Source: the human T2T-CHM13v2.0 reference genome, Homo sapiens. From it: a DNA stretch of 64,000 nt. Position numbers and translations under genes: made by a program. Location of the stretch: assembly GCF_009914755.1 (NCBI RefSeq), contig NC_060933.1, one strand, 5' to 3'. The notes beneath the pieces were generated by a model. The model searched no databases. It worked only from the letters and a program-made list of their open reading frames with translations, and was not told where the DNA came from. Shown one piece after another: positions 1 through 12,900 of this stretch; positions within the stretch are counted from its first letter, which is position 1, and every line of letters begins with the position of its first letter.

Positions 1-443
1 AATGGAATTAATCCGAATAGAATGGAATGGAATGGAATGGAACGGAATGGAAAGGAATGGAATGGAATGGAATGGAATGGAATGGTATGGAATGGAATGG
101 AATCAACGCGAGTGCAGGGGAATGTAATGGAATCGAATGGAATGGAATGGAATGGAATGGAATCAACCCGAGTGCAGGGGTATGTAATGGAACGGAATGC
201 AATGGAATGGAATCATCCGGAATGGAATGGAACGGAATGGAATGGAATCAACCCGAGTGCAATGGAATGTAATGGAGAGTAAGGGAGTTGAAAAGAATCA
301 ATCCGAATGTAATGGAATGGAATGGAACGGAATGGAATGGAATGGAATGTAATGGAATGGAATGCAATGGAATGGAATCAACCCGAGTACAATGGAATGG
401 AATGGAATGGAATGGAATGGAATGGAATGGAATGGAATGGAAT

Positions 444-458
444 GGAATCTTCCGGAAT
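444..458. promoter_or_regulatory. Perfect 3-unit heat-shock element (nGAAn nTTCn nGAAn); first of ~54 copies in the window
   Basis: Sequence ggaatcttccggaat = gGAAt|cTTCc|gGAAt. Further copies start at about 2178, 4988, 7684, 8559, 11360, 15179, 16478, 18460, 22183, 28234, 30451, 36428, 38629, 46786, 54339, 60210, among others. The motif match is seen directly; binding is inferred. Confidence 0.6.
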
Positions 459-3400
459 GGAATGGAATGGAATGGATTGGAAAACAATGGATTCAACTCG
501 ATTGCAGTGGAATGGAATAGAATGGAATGGAATGGAATGGAATGGAATTAAACCGAATAGAATGGAATGGAATGGAATGGAACGGAACGGTACGGAGTGG
601 AATGGAATGGAATGGAATTGTATGGAATGGAATGGAATGGTACGGAATAGAATGGAATGGAAAGAATTGGAATGGAATGGAATCGAATGGAATGGAATGG
701 AATGGAATGGAATCAACCTGAGTGCAGAGGAATGTAATGGAACCGAATGCAATGGAATGGAATCATCCGGAATGGAATGGAATGGAATGGAATGGAATGG
801 AATGGAATGGAATGAAATGCAATGGATTCAACTCGATTGCAATGGAGTGGAATAGAATGGAATGGAATGGAATGGAATGGAATGGAATTAACCCGAATAG
901 AATGGAATGGAATGGAATGGAACGGAATGGAAAGGAATGGAATGGAATGGAATGGAATGGAATGGAATGGTATTGAATGGAGTGGAATGGTACGGAATAG
1001 AATGGAATGGAACGAATTGTAATGGAATGGAATTGAATGGAATGGAATGGAATGGAATGGAATCAACGCGAGTGCACGGGAAAGTAATGGAACGGAATTC
1101 AATGGAATGGAATCATCCGGAATGGAATGGAATGGAATGGAATGGAATGGAATGGAATGGAATCAACCCGAGTGCAATGGAATGGAGTGGAATGGAATGG
1201 AATGGAATGGAACAACCCGAATGCAATGGAATGTAATGGAGAGTAAGGGAGTTGAATATAATCAATCCGAATGTAAAGGAATGGAATGCAACGGAATGGA
1301 ATGGAATGGAATGGAATGGAATGGAATGGAATGGAATGCAATGGAATGGAGTCAACCCGAGTACAATGGAATGGAATGGAATGGAATGGAATGGAATGGA
1401 ATGGAATGGAATGCCTTCAAACCGAATGGAATGGAAAGGAATGGAATCAACACGAGTGGAATGGAATGGAATGGAATGGAATGGAATGGAATGGAATGGA
1501 ATGATACGGAATAGAATGGAATGGAACGAAATGGAACGGAATGGAATGGAATGGAATGGAATGGAATGGAATGGAATGGAATCGTTCCGAGTGGAATAGG
1601 AGGGAATGTATTCGAGTGGAATGGAAAGGAATGGAATCAACCAGAGTGGAATGGAAGGGAATGGAATGGAATGGAAACTAATACAATGGAATCAACCCGA
1701 GTGGAATGGAATGGAATGGAATGGAATGGAATGGAATGGAATGGAATTAATCCGAATAGAATGGAAAGGAATGGAATGGAACGGAATGGAAAGGAATGGA
1801 ATGGAATGGAATGGATTGGTATGGAATGGAATGGAATCAACGCGAGTGCAGGGGAATGTAATGGAATGGAATGGAATGGAATGGAATGGAATGGAATCAA
1901 CCCGAGTGCAGGGGTATGTAATGGAACGGAATGCAATGGAATGGAATCATCCAGAATGGAATGGAATGGAATGGAATGGAATCAACCCGAGTGCAATGGA
2001 ATGTAATGGAGAATAAGGGAGTTGAAAAGAATCAATCCGAATGTAATGGAATGGAATGGAACGGAATGGAATGGAATGGAATGGAATGGAATGGAATGCA
2101 ATGGAATGGAATCAACCCGAGTACAATAGAATGGAATGGAATGGAATGGAATGGAATGGAATGGAATGCAATGGAATGGAATCTTCCGGAATGGAATGGA
2201 ATGGAATGGATTGGAAAGTAATGGATTCAACTCGATTGCAATGGAATGGAATAGAATGGAATGGAATGGAATGGAATGGAATTAAACCGAATAGAATGGA
2301 ATGGAATGGAATGGAACGGAATGGAACGGAACGGTACGGAGTGGAATGGAATGGAATGGAATGGAATTATACGGAATAGAATGGAATGGAACGAAATGGA
2401 ATGGAATGGAATGGAATGGAATGGAATGGAATGGAATAAACCCGAGTGCAATGGAATGGAGTGGAATGGAATGGAATGGAATGGAACAACCCGAATGGAA
2501 TGGAATGTAATGGAGAGTTAGGGAGTTGAATAGAATCAATCCGAATGTAATGGAATGGAACGGAATGCAATGGAATGGAATGGAATGGAATGGAATGGAA
2601 TGGAATGCAATGGAATGGAATCAAACCGAGTACAATGGAACGGAATGCAATGGAATGGAATGGAATGGAATGGAATGGAATGGAATGGAATGGAATCAAC
2701 CCGAGTGAAATGGAAATGATAGGAATGGAATGGAATGGAATGGAAACTACCCGAATGGAATGGAATGTAATGGAGCGTAAGGGAATTGAATACAATCAAT
2801 CCGAATGGAATGGAATGGAATGGAACGGAATGTAATGGAATGGAATGGAATGGAATCAACCCGATTGCAGGGGAATGGAATGGAAAAGAATGCAATGGAA
2901 TGGAATCATCCGGAATGGAATGGAATGGAATGCAATGGAATGGAATGGAATGGAATGGAATGGAATGGAATGGAATGGAATGGAACAACCCGAATGGAAT
3001 GGAATGTAATGGAGAGTAAGGGAGTTGAATAGAATCAATCCGAATGTAATGGAATGGAATGCAACGGAATGGAATGGAATGGAATGGAATGGAATGCAAT
3101 GGAATGGAATCAACCCGAGTACAATTAAATGGAATGGAATGGAATGGAATGGAATGGAATGGAATGGAATGCTTTCAAACCGAATGGAATGGAAAGGAAT
3201 GGAATCAACACGAATGGAATGGAATGGAATGGAATGGAATGGAATGGAATGGAATGGAATGATACGGAATAGAATGGAATGGAACGAAATGGAATGGAAT
3301 GGAATGAAATGGAATGGAATGGAATGGAATGGAATGGAATCGTTCCGAGTCGAATAGGAGGGAATGTATTCGAGTGGAATGGAAAAGAATGGAATCAACC

Positions 3401-5860
3401 AGAGTGGAATGGAAGGGAATGGAATGGAATGGAAACTAATACAATGGAATCAACCCGAGTGGAATGGAATGGAAAGGACTGGAATGGAAAGGAATGGAAT
3501 GGAATGGAATGGAATGGAATGGAATGGAATGGAATCAACGCGAGTGCAGGGGAATGGAATGGAATGAAATGTAATGCAATGGAATGGAATGTTCCGGAAT
3601 GGAATGGAATGGAATGGAATGGAATCATCCGGAATGGAATGGAATGGAATGGAATGGAATCAACCCGAGTGCAACGGAATGGAGTGGAATGGAATGGAAT
3701 GGAATGGAACAATCCGAATGCAATGGAATGTAATGGAGAGTAAGGGAGTTCAAAAGAATCAATCCGAATGTAATGGAATGGAACGGAATGGAATGGAATG
3801 GAATGGAATGGAATGGAATGGAATGGAATGGAATGGAATGCAATGGAATGGAATCAACCCGAGTACAATGGAATGGAATGGAATGGAATGGAATGGAATG
3901 GAATGGAATGGAATGATACGGAATAGAATGGAATGGAACGAAATGGAATGGAATGGAATGGAATGGAATGGAATGGAATGGAATCGTTCCGAGTGGAATA
4001 GGAGGGAATCTATTCCAGTGGAATGGAAAGGAATGGAATCAACCTGAGTGGAATGGAAGGGAATGGAATGGAATGGAAACTAATAGAATGGAATCAACCC
4101 GAGTGGAATGGAATTGAAAGGACTGGAATAGAATGGAATGGAATGGAATCCACTCGATTGTAATGGAATGGAATGGAATGGAATGGAATGGAATGGAATC
4201 AACCCGAGTGCAATGGAATGGAGTGGAATGGAATGGAATGGAACAACCCGAATGGAATGGAATCTAATGGAGAGTAAGGGAGTTGAATAGAATCAATCCG
4301 AATGTAATGGAATGGAATGGAACGGAATGGATTTGAATGGAATGGAATGGAATGCAATGGAATGGAATCAACCCGAGTGCAATGGAATGGAGAGGAATGG
4401 AATGGAATGGAATGGAAACTAGCCGAATGGAATGGAATGTAATGGAGTGTAAGGGAATTGAATAGAATCAATCCGAATGTAATGGAATGGAATGGAACGG
4501 AATGGAATGGAATGGAATGGAATGGAATGGAATGGAATGCAATGGAATGGAATCAACCCGAGTGCAATCGAATGGAATCGAATGGAATGGAATGCAATGG
4601 AATGGATTCAACTTGAATGGAATGGATAGAATGGAATCAACACGAGTGGAATGGCATGGATTGGAATGGAATGGAATGGAATCAACCCGAGTACGGGGGA
4701 ATGGAATGGAATGGAATGTAATGGAATGGAATCATCCGTAATGGAATGGAAAGGAATGGAATGGAATGGAATGGAATGGAATGGAATGGAATCAACTCGA
4801 TTGCAATCGAATGCAATGGAATGGAATTAACCCGAATAGAATGGAATGGAATGGAATGGAACGGAACGGAATGGAATGGAATGGAATGGAATGGAAAGGA
4901 ATGGAACGGAACGGAAGGGAATGGAATGGAATGGAATGGAATCAACGCGAGTGCAGGGGAATGGAATGGAATGGAATGCAACGGAATGGAATCTTCCGGA
5001 ATGGAATGGAATGGAATGGAATGGAATGGAATGAAATGCAATGGATTCAACTCCATTGCAATGGAATGGAATAGAATGGAATGGAATGGAATTAATCCGA
5101 ATAGAATGGAATGGAGTGGAATGGAACGGAATGGAACGGAATGGAATGGAATGGAATGGAATGGAATGGTATGGAATGGAATGGAATGGTACGGAATAGA
5201 ATGGAATGGAACGAATTGTAATGGAATGGAATGGAATGGAATGGAATGGAATGGAATCAACGCGAGTGCAGGGGAATGTAATGGAACGGAATGCAATGGA
5301 ATGGAATCATCCGGAATGGAATGGAATGGAATGGAATGGAATGGAATGGAATGGAATCAACCCGAGTTCAATGGAATGGAGTGGAATGGAATAGAATGGA
5401 ATGGAACAACCCGAATGGAATGTAATGTAATGGAGAGTAAGGGAGTTGAATAGAATCAATCCGAATGTAATGGAATGGAATGCAACGGAATGGAATGGAA
5501 GGGAATGGAATGGAATGGAATGGGATCAACACGATTGCAATCGAATGGAATGGAATGGAATGGAATGGAATAGAATGGAATGGAATGCAATGGAATGGAA
5601 TCAACCCGAGTACAATGGAATGGAATGGAATGGAATGCAATGGAATGGAATGGAATGGAATGGAATCAACCCGAGTGCAATGGAATGGAGAGGAATGGAA
5701 TGGAATGGAATGGAAACTACCCGAATGGAATGGAATGTAATGGAGTGTAAGGGAATTGAATAGAATCAATCCGAATGGAATGGAATGGAATGGAACGGAA
5801 TGTAATGGAATGGAATGGAATGGAATCAACCCGAGTGCAGGGGAATGGAATGGAATGGAA

Positions 5861-5940
5861 TGCAATGGAATGGAATCATCCGGAATGGAATGGAATGGAA
5901 TGCAATGGAATGGAATCATCCGGAATGGAATGGAATGGAA
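5861..5940 (+). repeat. Perfect 40-bp tandem duplication (2 copies) of the GCAATGGAATGGAATCATCCGG module
   Basis: tgcaatggaatggaatcatccggaatggaatggaatggaa occurs at 5861-5900 and again at 5901-5940. Confidence 0.85.
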
Positions 5941-8510
5941 TGCAATGGAATGGAATGGAATGGAATCAACCCGAGTGCAATGGAATGGAGTGAAATGGAA
6001 TGGAATGGAATGGAAACAACCAGAATGGATTGGAATATAATGGAGTGTAAGGGAATTGAAAAGAATCAATCTGAATGTAATGAAATGGAATGGAACGGAA
6101 TGGAATGGAATGGAATGAAATGGAATGCAATGAAATGGAATCAACCCGAGTGCAATCGAATGAAATCGAATGCAATGGAATGCAAAGGAATGGATTCAAC
6201 TTGAATGGAAAGGAAAGAATGGAATCAACACGAGTGGAATGGCATGGATTGGAATGGAATTGAATGGAATCAACCCGAGTACAGGGGAATGGAATGGAAT
6301 GGAATGCAATGGAATGGAATCATCAGTAATGGAATGGAAAGGAATGGAATGGAATGGAATGGAATGGAATGGAATGGAATGGAATCAACTCGATTGCAAT
6401 CGAATGGAATGGAATGGAATTAACCCGAATAGAATGGAATGGAATGGAATGGAACGGAACGGAATGGAATGGAATGGAATGGAATGGAATGGAATGGAAC
6501 GGAACGGAATGGAATGGAATGGAATGGAATGGAATGGAATCAACGCGAGTGCAGGGGAATGGAATGGAATGGAATGCAATGGAATGGAATCTTCTGGAAT
6601 GGAATGGAATGGAATGGAATGGAATGAAATGCAATGGATTCAACTCGATTGCAATGGAATGGAATAGAATGGAATGGAAAAGAATGGAATGGAATTAATC
6701 CGAATAGAATGGAATGGAATGGAATGGAACGGAATGGAACGGAATGGAATGGAATGGAATGGAATGGAATGGTATGGAATGGAATGGAATGGTACGGAAT
6801 AGAATGGAATGGAACCAATTGTAATGGAATGGAATTGAATGGAATGGAATGGAATGGAATGGAATCAACGCGAGTGCACTGGAATGTAATGGAACGGAAT
6901 GCAATGGAATGGAATCATCCGGAATGGAATGGAATGGAATGGAATGGAATGGAATCAACCCGAGTGCAATGGAATGGAGTGGAATGGAATGGAATGGAAT
7001 GGAACAACCCGAATGGAATGGAATGTAATGGAGAGTAAGTGAGTTGAATAGAATCAATCCGAATGTAATGGAATGGAACGGAATGGAATGGAATCCAATG
7101 GAATGGAATCAACCCGAGTACAATGGAACGGAATGGAATGGAATGTAATGGAATGGAATGGAATGGAATGGAATGGAATCAACTCGATTGCAATCGAATG
7201 GAATGGAATGGAATTAACCCGAATAGAATGGAATGGAATGGAATGGAACGGAACGGAATGGAATGGAATGGAATGGAATGGAAAGGAAAGGAATGGAATG
7301 GAAAGGAATGGAATGGAATCAACCCGAGTGCAGGGGAATGTAATGGAACGGAATGCAATGGAATGGAATCATCCGGAATGGAATGGAATGGAATGGAATG
7401 GAATGGAATGGAATCAACCCGAGTGCAATGGAATGGAGTGGAATGGAATGGAATGGAATGGAATGGAACAACCCGAATGGAATGGAATGCAATGGAGAGT
7501 AAGGGAGTTGAAAAGAATCAATCCGAATGTAATGGAATGGAATGGAACGGAATGGAATGGAATGGAATGGAATGGAATGGAATGGAATGCAATGGAATGG
7601 AATCAACCCGAGTACAATGGAATGGAATGGAATGGAATGGAGTGGAATGGAATGGAATGGAATGGAATGGAATGCAATGGAATGGAATCTTCCGGAATGG
7701 AATGGAATGGAATGGAATGGAATGGAATGGAATGGAATGCAATGGATTCAACTCGATTGCAATGGAATGGAATAGAATGGAATGGAATGGAATGGAATCT
7801 AATGGAATTAAACCGAATAGAATGGAATGGAATGGAATGGAACGGAACAGAACGGAACGGAACGGAACGGAGTGGAATGGAATGGAATGGAATTGTATGG
7901 AATGGAATGGAATGGTACGGAATAGAATGGAATGGAGAGAATAGGAATGGAATGGAATCGAATGGAATGGAATGGAATGGAATGGAATCAACCCGAGTGC
8001 AGGGTAATGTAATGGAACGGAATGCAATGGAATGGAATCATCCGGAATAGAATGGAATGGAATGGAATGGAATGGAATTGAATGGAATGGAATGCCTTCA
8101 AACCGAATGGAATGGAAAGGAATGGAATCAACACGAGTGGAATGGAATGGAATGGAAAGGAAGGGAATGGAATGGAATGGTACGGAATAGAATGAAATGG
8201 AACGAACTGGAATAGAATGGAATGGAATGGAATGGAATGGAATCAACCCGAGTACAGGGGAATGGAATGCAATGTAATGCAATGGAATGGAATCATCCGT
8301 AATGGAATGGAAAGGTATGGAATGGAATGGAATGGAATGGAATGGAATGGAATGGAATCAACTCGATTGCAATCGAATGGAATGTAATGGAATTAACCAG
8401 AATACAATGGAATGGAATGGAACGGAACGGAACGGAACGGAATGGAATGGAATGGAATGGAACGGAAGGGAACGGAATGGAATGGAATGGAATGGAATGG
8501 AATGGAATGG

Positions 8511-11500
8511 AATCAACGCGAGTGCAGGGGAATGGAATGGAATGGAATGCAATGGAATGGAATCTTCCGGAATGGAATGGAATGGAATGGAATGGAATGC
8601 AATGGATTCAACTCGATTGCAATGGAATGGAATAGAATGGAATGGAATGCAATGGGATGGAATTAACCGGAATAGAATGGAATGGAATGGAATGGAACGG
8701 AACGGAACGGAACGGAACGGAACGGAACGGAATGGAATGGAATGCAATGGAATTGTATGGAATGGAATGGTATGGTACGGAATATAATGGAATGGAAAGA
8801 ATTGGAATGGAATGGAATCGAATGGAATGGAATGGAATGGAATGGAAACAACCCGAGTGCAGGGGAATGTAATGGAATGGAATGTAATGGAATGGAATCA
8901 TCCGGAATGGAATGGAATGGAATGGAATCAACCCGAGTGCAATGGAATGGAGTGGAATGGAATGGAATGGAATGGAATAACCCGAATGGAATGGAATGTA
9001 ATGGAGAGTAAGGGAGTTGAATAGAATCAATCCGAATGTAATGGAATGGAATGGAACGGAATGGAATGGAATGGAATGGAATGGAATGCAATGGAATGGA
9101 ATCACCCCGAGTGCAATGGAATGGAGAGGAATGGAATGGAATGGAATGGAAACTACCCGAATGGAATGGAACGTAATGGAGTGTAAGGGAATTGAATACT
9201 ATCAATCCGAATGTAATGGAATGGAATGGAACGGAATGGAATGGAATGGAATGGAATGGAATGGAATGGAATGGAATGGAATGCAAAGGAATGGAATCAA
9301 CCCGAGTGCAATCGAATGGAATCGAATGGAATGGAATGCAATGGAATGGATTCAACTTGAATGGAATGGAAAGAATGGAATCAACACGAGTGGAATGGCA
9401 TGGATTGGAAAGGAATGGAATGGAATCAACCCGAGTACAGGGGAATGGAATGGAATGGAATGCAATGGAATGGAATCATCCGTAATGGAATGGAAAGGAA
9501 TGGAATGGAAGGGAATGGAATGGAATGGAATGGAATCAACTCGATTGCAATCGAATGGAATGGAATGGAATTAACCCGAATAGAAAGGGATGGAATGGAA
9601 CGGAACGGAACGGAATGGAATGGAATGGAATGGAATGAAGTGGAATAGATCGGAACGGAATGGAATGGAATGGAATGGAATGCAATGGAATGGAATGGAA
9701 TCAACGCGAGTGCAGGGGAATGGAATGGAATGGAATGCAATGGAATGGAATCTTCCTGAATGGAATGGAATGGAATAGAATGAAATGCAATGGATTCAAC
9801 TCGATTGCAATGGAATGGAATAGAATGGAATGGAATGGAATGGAATGGAATTAACCCGAATAGAATGGAATGGAATGGAATGGAACGGAATGGAACGGAA
9901 TGGAATGGAATGGAATGGAATGGAATGGTATGGAATGGAATGGAATGGTACGGAATAGAATGGAATGGAACCAATTGTAATGGAATGGAATTGAATTGAA
10001 TGGAATGGAATGGAATGGAATCAACGCGAGTGCAGGGGAATGTAATGGAACGGAATGCAATGGAATGGAATCATCCGGAATGGAATGGAATGGAATGGAA
10101 TGGAATGGAATGGAATCAACCCGAGGGCAATGGAATGGAGTGGAATGGAATGGAATGGAATGGAACAACCCGAATGGAATGGAATGTAATGGAGAGTAAG
10201 TGAGTTGAATAGAATCAATCCGAATGTAATGGAATGGAACGGAATGGAATGGAATGCAATGGAATGGAATCAACCCGAGTACAATGGAACGGAATGGAAT
10301 GGAATGTAATGGAATGGAATGGAATGGAATGGAATGGAATGGAATGGAATGGAATGGAATCAACCCGAGTGCAATGGAATGGAGAGGAATGGAATGGAAT
10401 GGAATGGAATGGAATGGAAACTACCCGAATGGAATGGAATGTAATGGAGTGTAAGGGAATTGAATAGAATCAATCCGAATGGAATGGAATGGAATGGAAC
10501 GGAATGTAATGGAATGGAATGGAATGGAATCAACCCCAGTTCAGGGGAATGGAATGGAATGGAATGCAATGGAATGGAATCATCCGGAATGGAATGGAAT
10601 GGAATGCAATGGAATGGAATGGAATGGAATCAACCCGAGTGCAATGGAATCGAGTGAAATGGAATGGAATGGAATGGAAACAACCAGAATGGATTGGAAT
10701 ATAATGGAGTGTAAGGGAATTGAAAAGAATCAATCTGAATGTAATGAAATGGAATGGAACGGAATGGAATGGAATGGAATGAAATGGAATGCAATGGAAT
10801 GGAATCAACCCGAGTGCAATCGAATGGAATCGAATGGAATGGAATGCAATGGAATGGATTCAACTAGAATGGAAAGGAAAGAATGGAATCAACACGAGTG
10901 GAATGGCATGGATTGGAATGGAATGGAATGGAATCAACCCGAGTACAGGAGAATGGAATGGAATGGAATGCAATGGAATGGAATCATCAGTAATGGAATG
11001 GAAAGAAATGGAAAGGACTGGAATGGAATGGAATGGAATGGAATGGAATGGAATGGAATCAACTCGATTGCAATCGAATGGAATGGAATGGAATTAACCC
11101 GAATAGAATGGAATGGAATGGAATGGAACGGAACGGAATGGAATGGAATGGAATGGAATGGAAAGGAAAGGAATGGAATGGAATGGAATGGAATGGAATG
11201 GAATGCCATGGAATCAACCCGAGTGCAGGGGAATGTAATGGAACGGAATGCAATGGAATGGAATCATCCGGAATGGAATGGAATGGAATGGAATGGAATG
11301 GAATGGAATGGAATCAACGCGAGTGCAGGGGAATGGAATGGAATGGAATGCAATGGAATGGAATCTTCCGGAATGGAATGGAATGGAATGGAATGGAATG
11401 CAATGGATTCAACTCGATTGCAATGGAATGGAATAGAATGGAATGGAATGCAATGGGATGGAATTAACCGGAATAGAATGGAATGGAATGGAATGGAACG

Positions 11501-12900
11501 GAACGGAACGGAACGGAACGGAACGGAACGGAATGGAATGGAATGCAATGGAATTGTATGGAATGGAATGGTATGGTACGGAATATAATGGAATGGAAAG
11601 AATTGGAATGGAATGGAATCGAATGGAATGGAATGGAATGGAATAGAAACAACCCGAGTGCAGGGGAATGTAATGGAATGGAATGTAATGGAATGGAATC
11701 ATCCGGAATGGAATGGAATGGAATGGAATCAACCCGAGTGCAATGGAATGGAGTGGAATGGAATGGAATGGAATGGAACAACCCGAATGGAATGGAATGT
11801 AATGGAGAGTAAGGGAGTTGAATAGAATCAATCCGAATGTAATGGAATGGAATGGAACGGAATGGAATTGAATGGAATGGAATGGAATGCAATGGAATGG
11901 AATCACCCCGAGTGCAATGGAATGGAGAGGAATGGAATGGAATGGAATGGAAACTACCCGAATGGAATGGAATGTAATGGAGTGTAAGGGAATTGAATAG
12001 TATCAATCCGAATGTAATGGAATGGAATGGAACGGAATGGAATGGAATGGAATGGAATGGAATGGAATGCAAAGGAATGGAATCAACCCGAGTGCAATCG
12101 AATGGAATCGAATGGAATGGAATGCAATGGAATGGATTCAACTTGAATGGAATGGAAAGAATGGAATCAACACGAGTGGAATGGCATGGATTGGAAAGGA
12201 ATGGAATGGAATCAACCCGAGTACAGGGGAATGGAATGGAATGGAATGCAATGGAATGGAATCATCCGTAATGGAATGGAAAGGAATGGAATGGAAGGGA
12301 ATGGAATGGATTGGAATGGAATCAACTCGATTGCAATCGAATGGAATGGAATGGAATTAACCCGAATAGAAAGGAATGGAATGGAACGGAACGGAACGGA
12401 ATGGAATGGAATGGAATGGAATGAAGTGGAATAGATCGGAACGGAATGGAATGGAATGGAATGGAATGCAATGGAATGGAATGGAATCAACGCGAGTGCA
12501 GGGGAATGGAATGGAATGGAATGCAATGGAATGGAATCTTCCTGAATGGAATGGAATGGAATAGAATGAAATGCAATGGATTCAACTCGATTGCAATGGA
12601 ATGGAATAGAATGGAATGGAATGGAATGGAATGGAATTAACCCGAATAGAATGGAATGGAATGGAATGGAACGGAATGGAACGGAATGGAATGGAATGGA
12701 ATGGAATGGAATGGAATGGTATGGAATGGAATGGAATGGTACGGAATAGAATGGAATGGAACGAATTGTAATGGAATGGAATTGAATGGAATGGAATGGA
12801 ATGGAATGGAATGGAATCAACGCGAGTGCAGGGGAATGTAATGGAACGGAATGCAATGGAATGGAATCATCCGGAATGGAATGGAATGGAATGGAATGGA
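8511..12900 (+). repeat. Direct duplication of ~1.6 kb (8511-~10100 and 11312-~12900; lag ~2.8 kb) separated by ~1.2 kb of other satellite
   Basis: Shared rare variants GCAATGGGATGG, (GGAAC)7, GGAATATAATGG, ATCACCCCGA, GAAGTGGAATAGATCGG and TCTTCCTGAA. ORF pairs are offset by 2801 and then 2786. Confidence 0.85.
8694..8728 (+). repeat. (GGAAC)7 variant-pentamer microsatellite; identical copy at 11495-11529
   Basis: Seven consecutive GGAAC units read directly from the sequence. Confidence 0.85.

Noticed and set aside
111-181. G-quadruplex potential from GCAGGGG tracts
   Set aside because: G3+ tracts are isolated and tens of bases apart. Known GGA-mediated fold-back structures of the GGAAT strand are generic to this satellite, not specific to this window.
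1596-1606. Shine-Dalgarno-like AGGAGG upstream of ATG
   Set aside because: Chance match within a eukaryotic satellite module; the downstream frame is repeat-derived.
10479-11588. Long + strand ORFs (369 aa here; also 7073-8050, 29649-30611, 39994-40932) encoding poly-MEWNG
   Set aside because: GGAAT repeats have no stop codon in any frame and contain ATG every 5 bp. ORFs overlap in all six frames with the same peptide and show no domain or gene structure.
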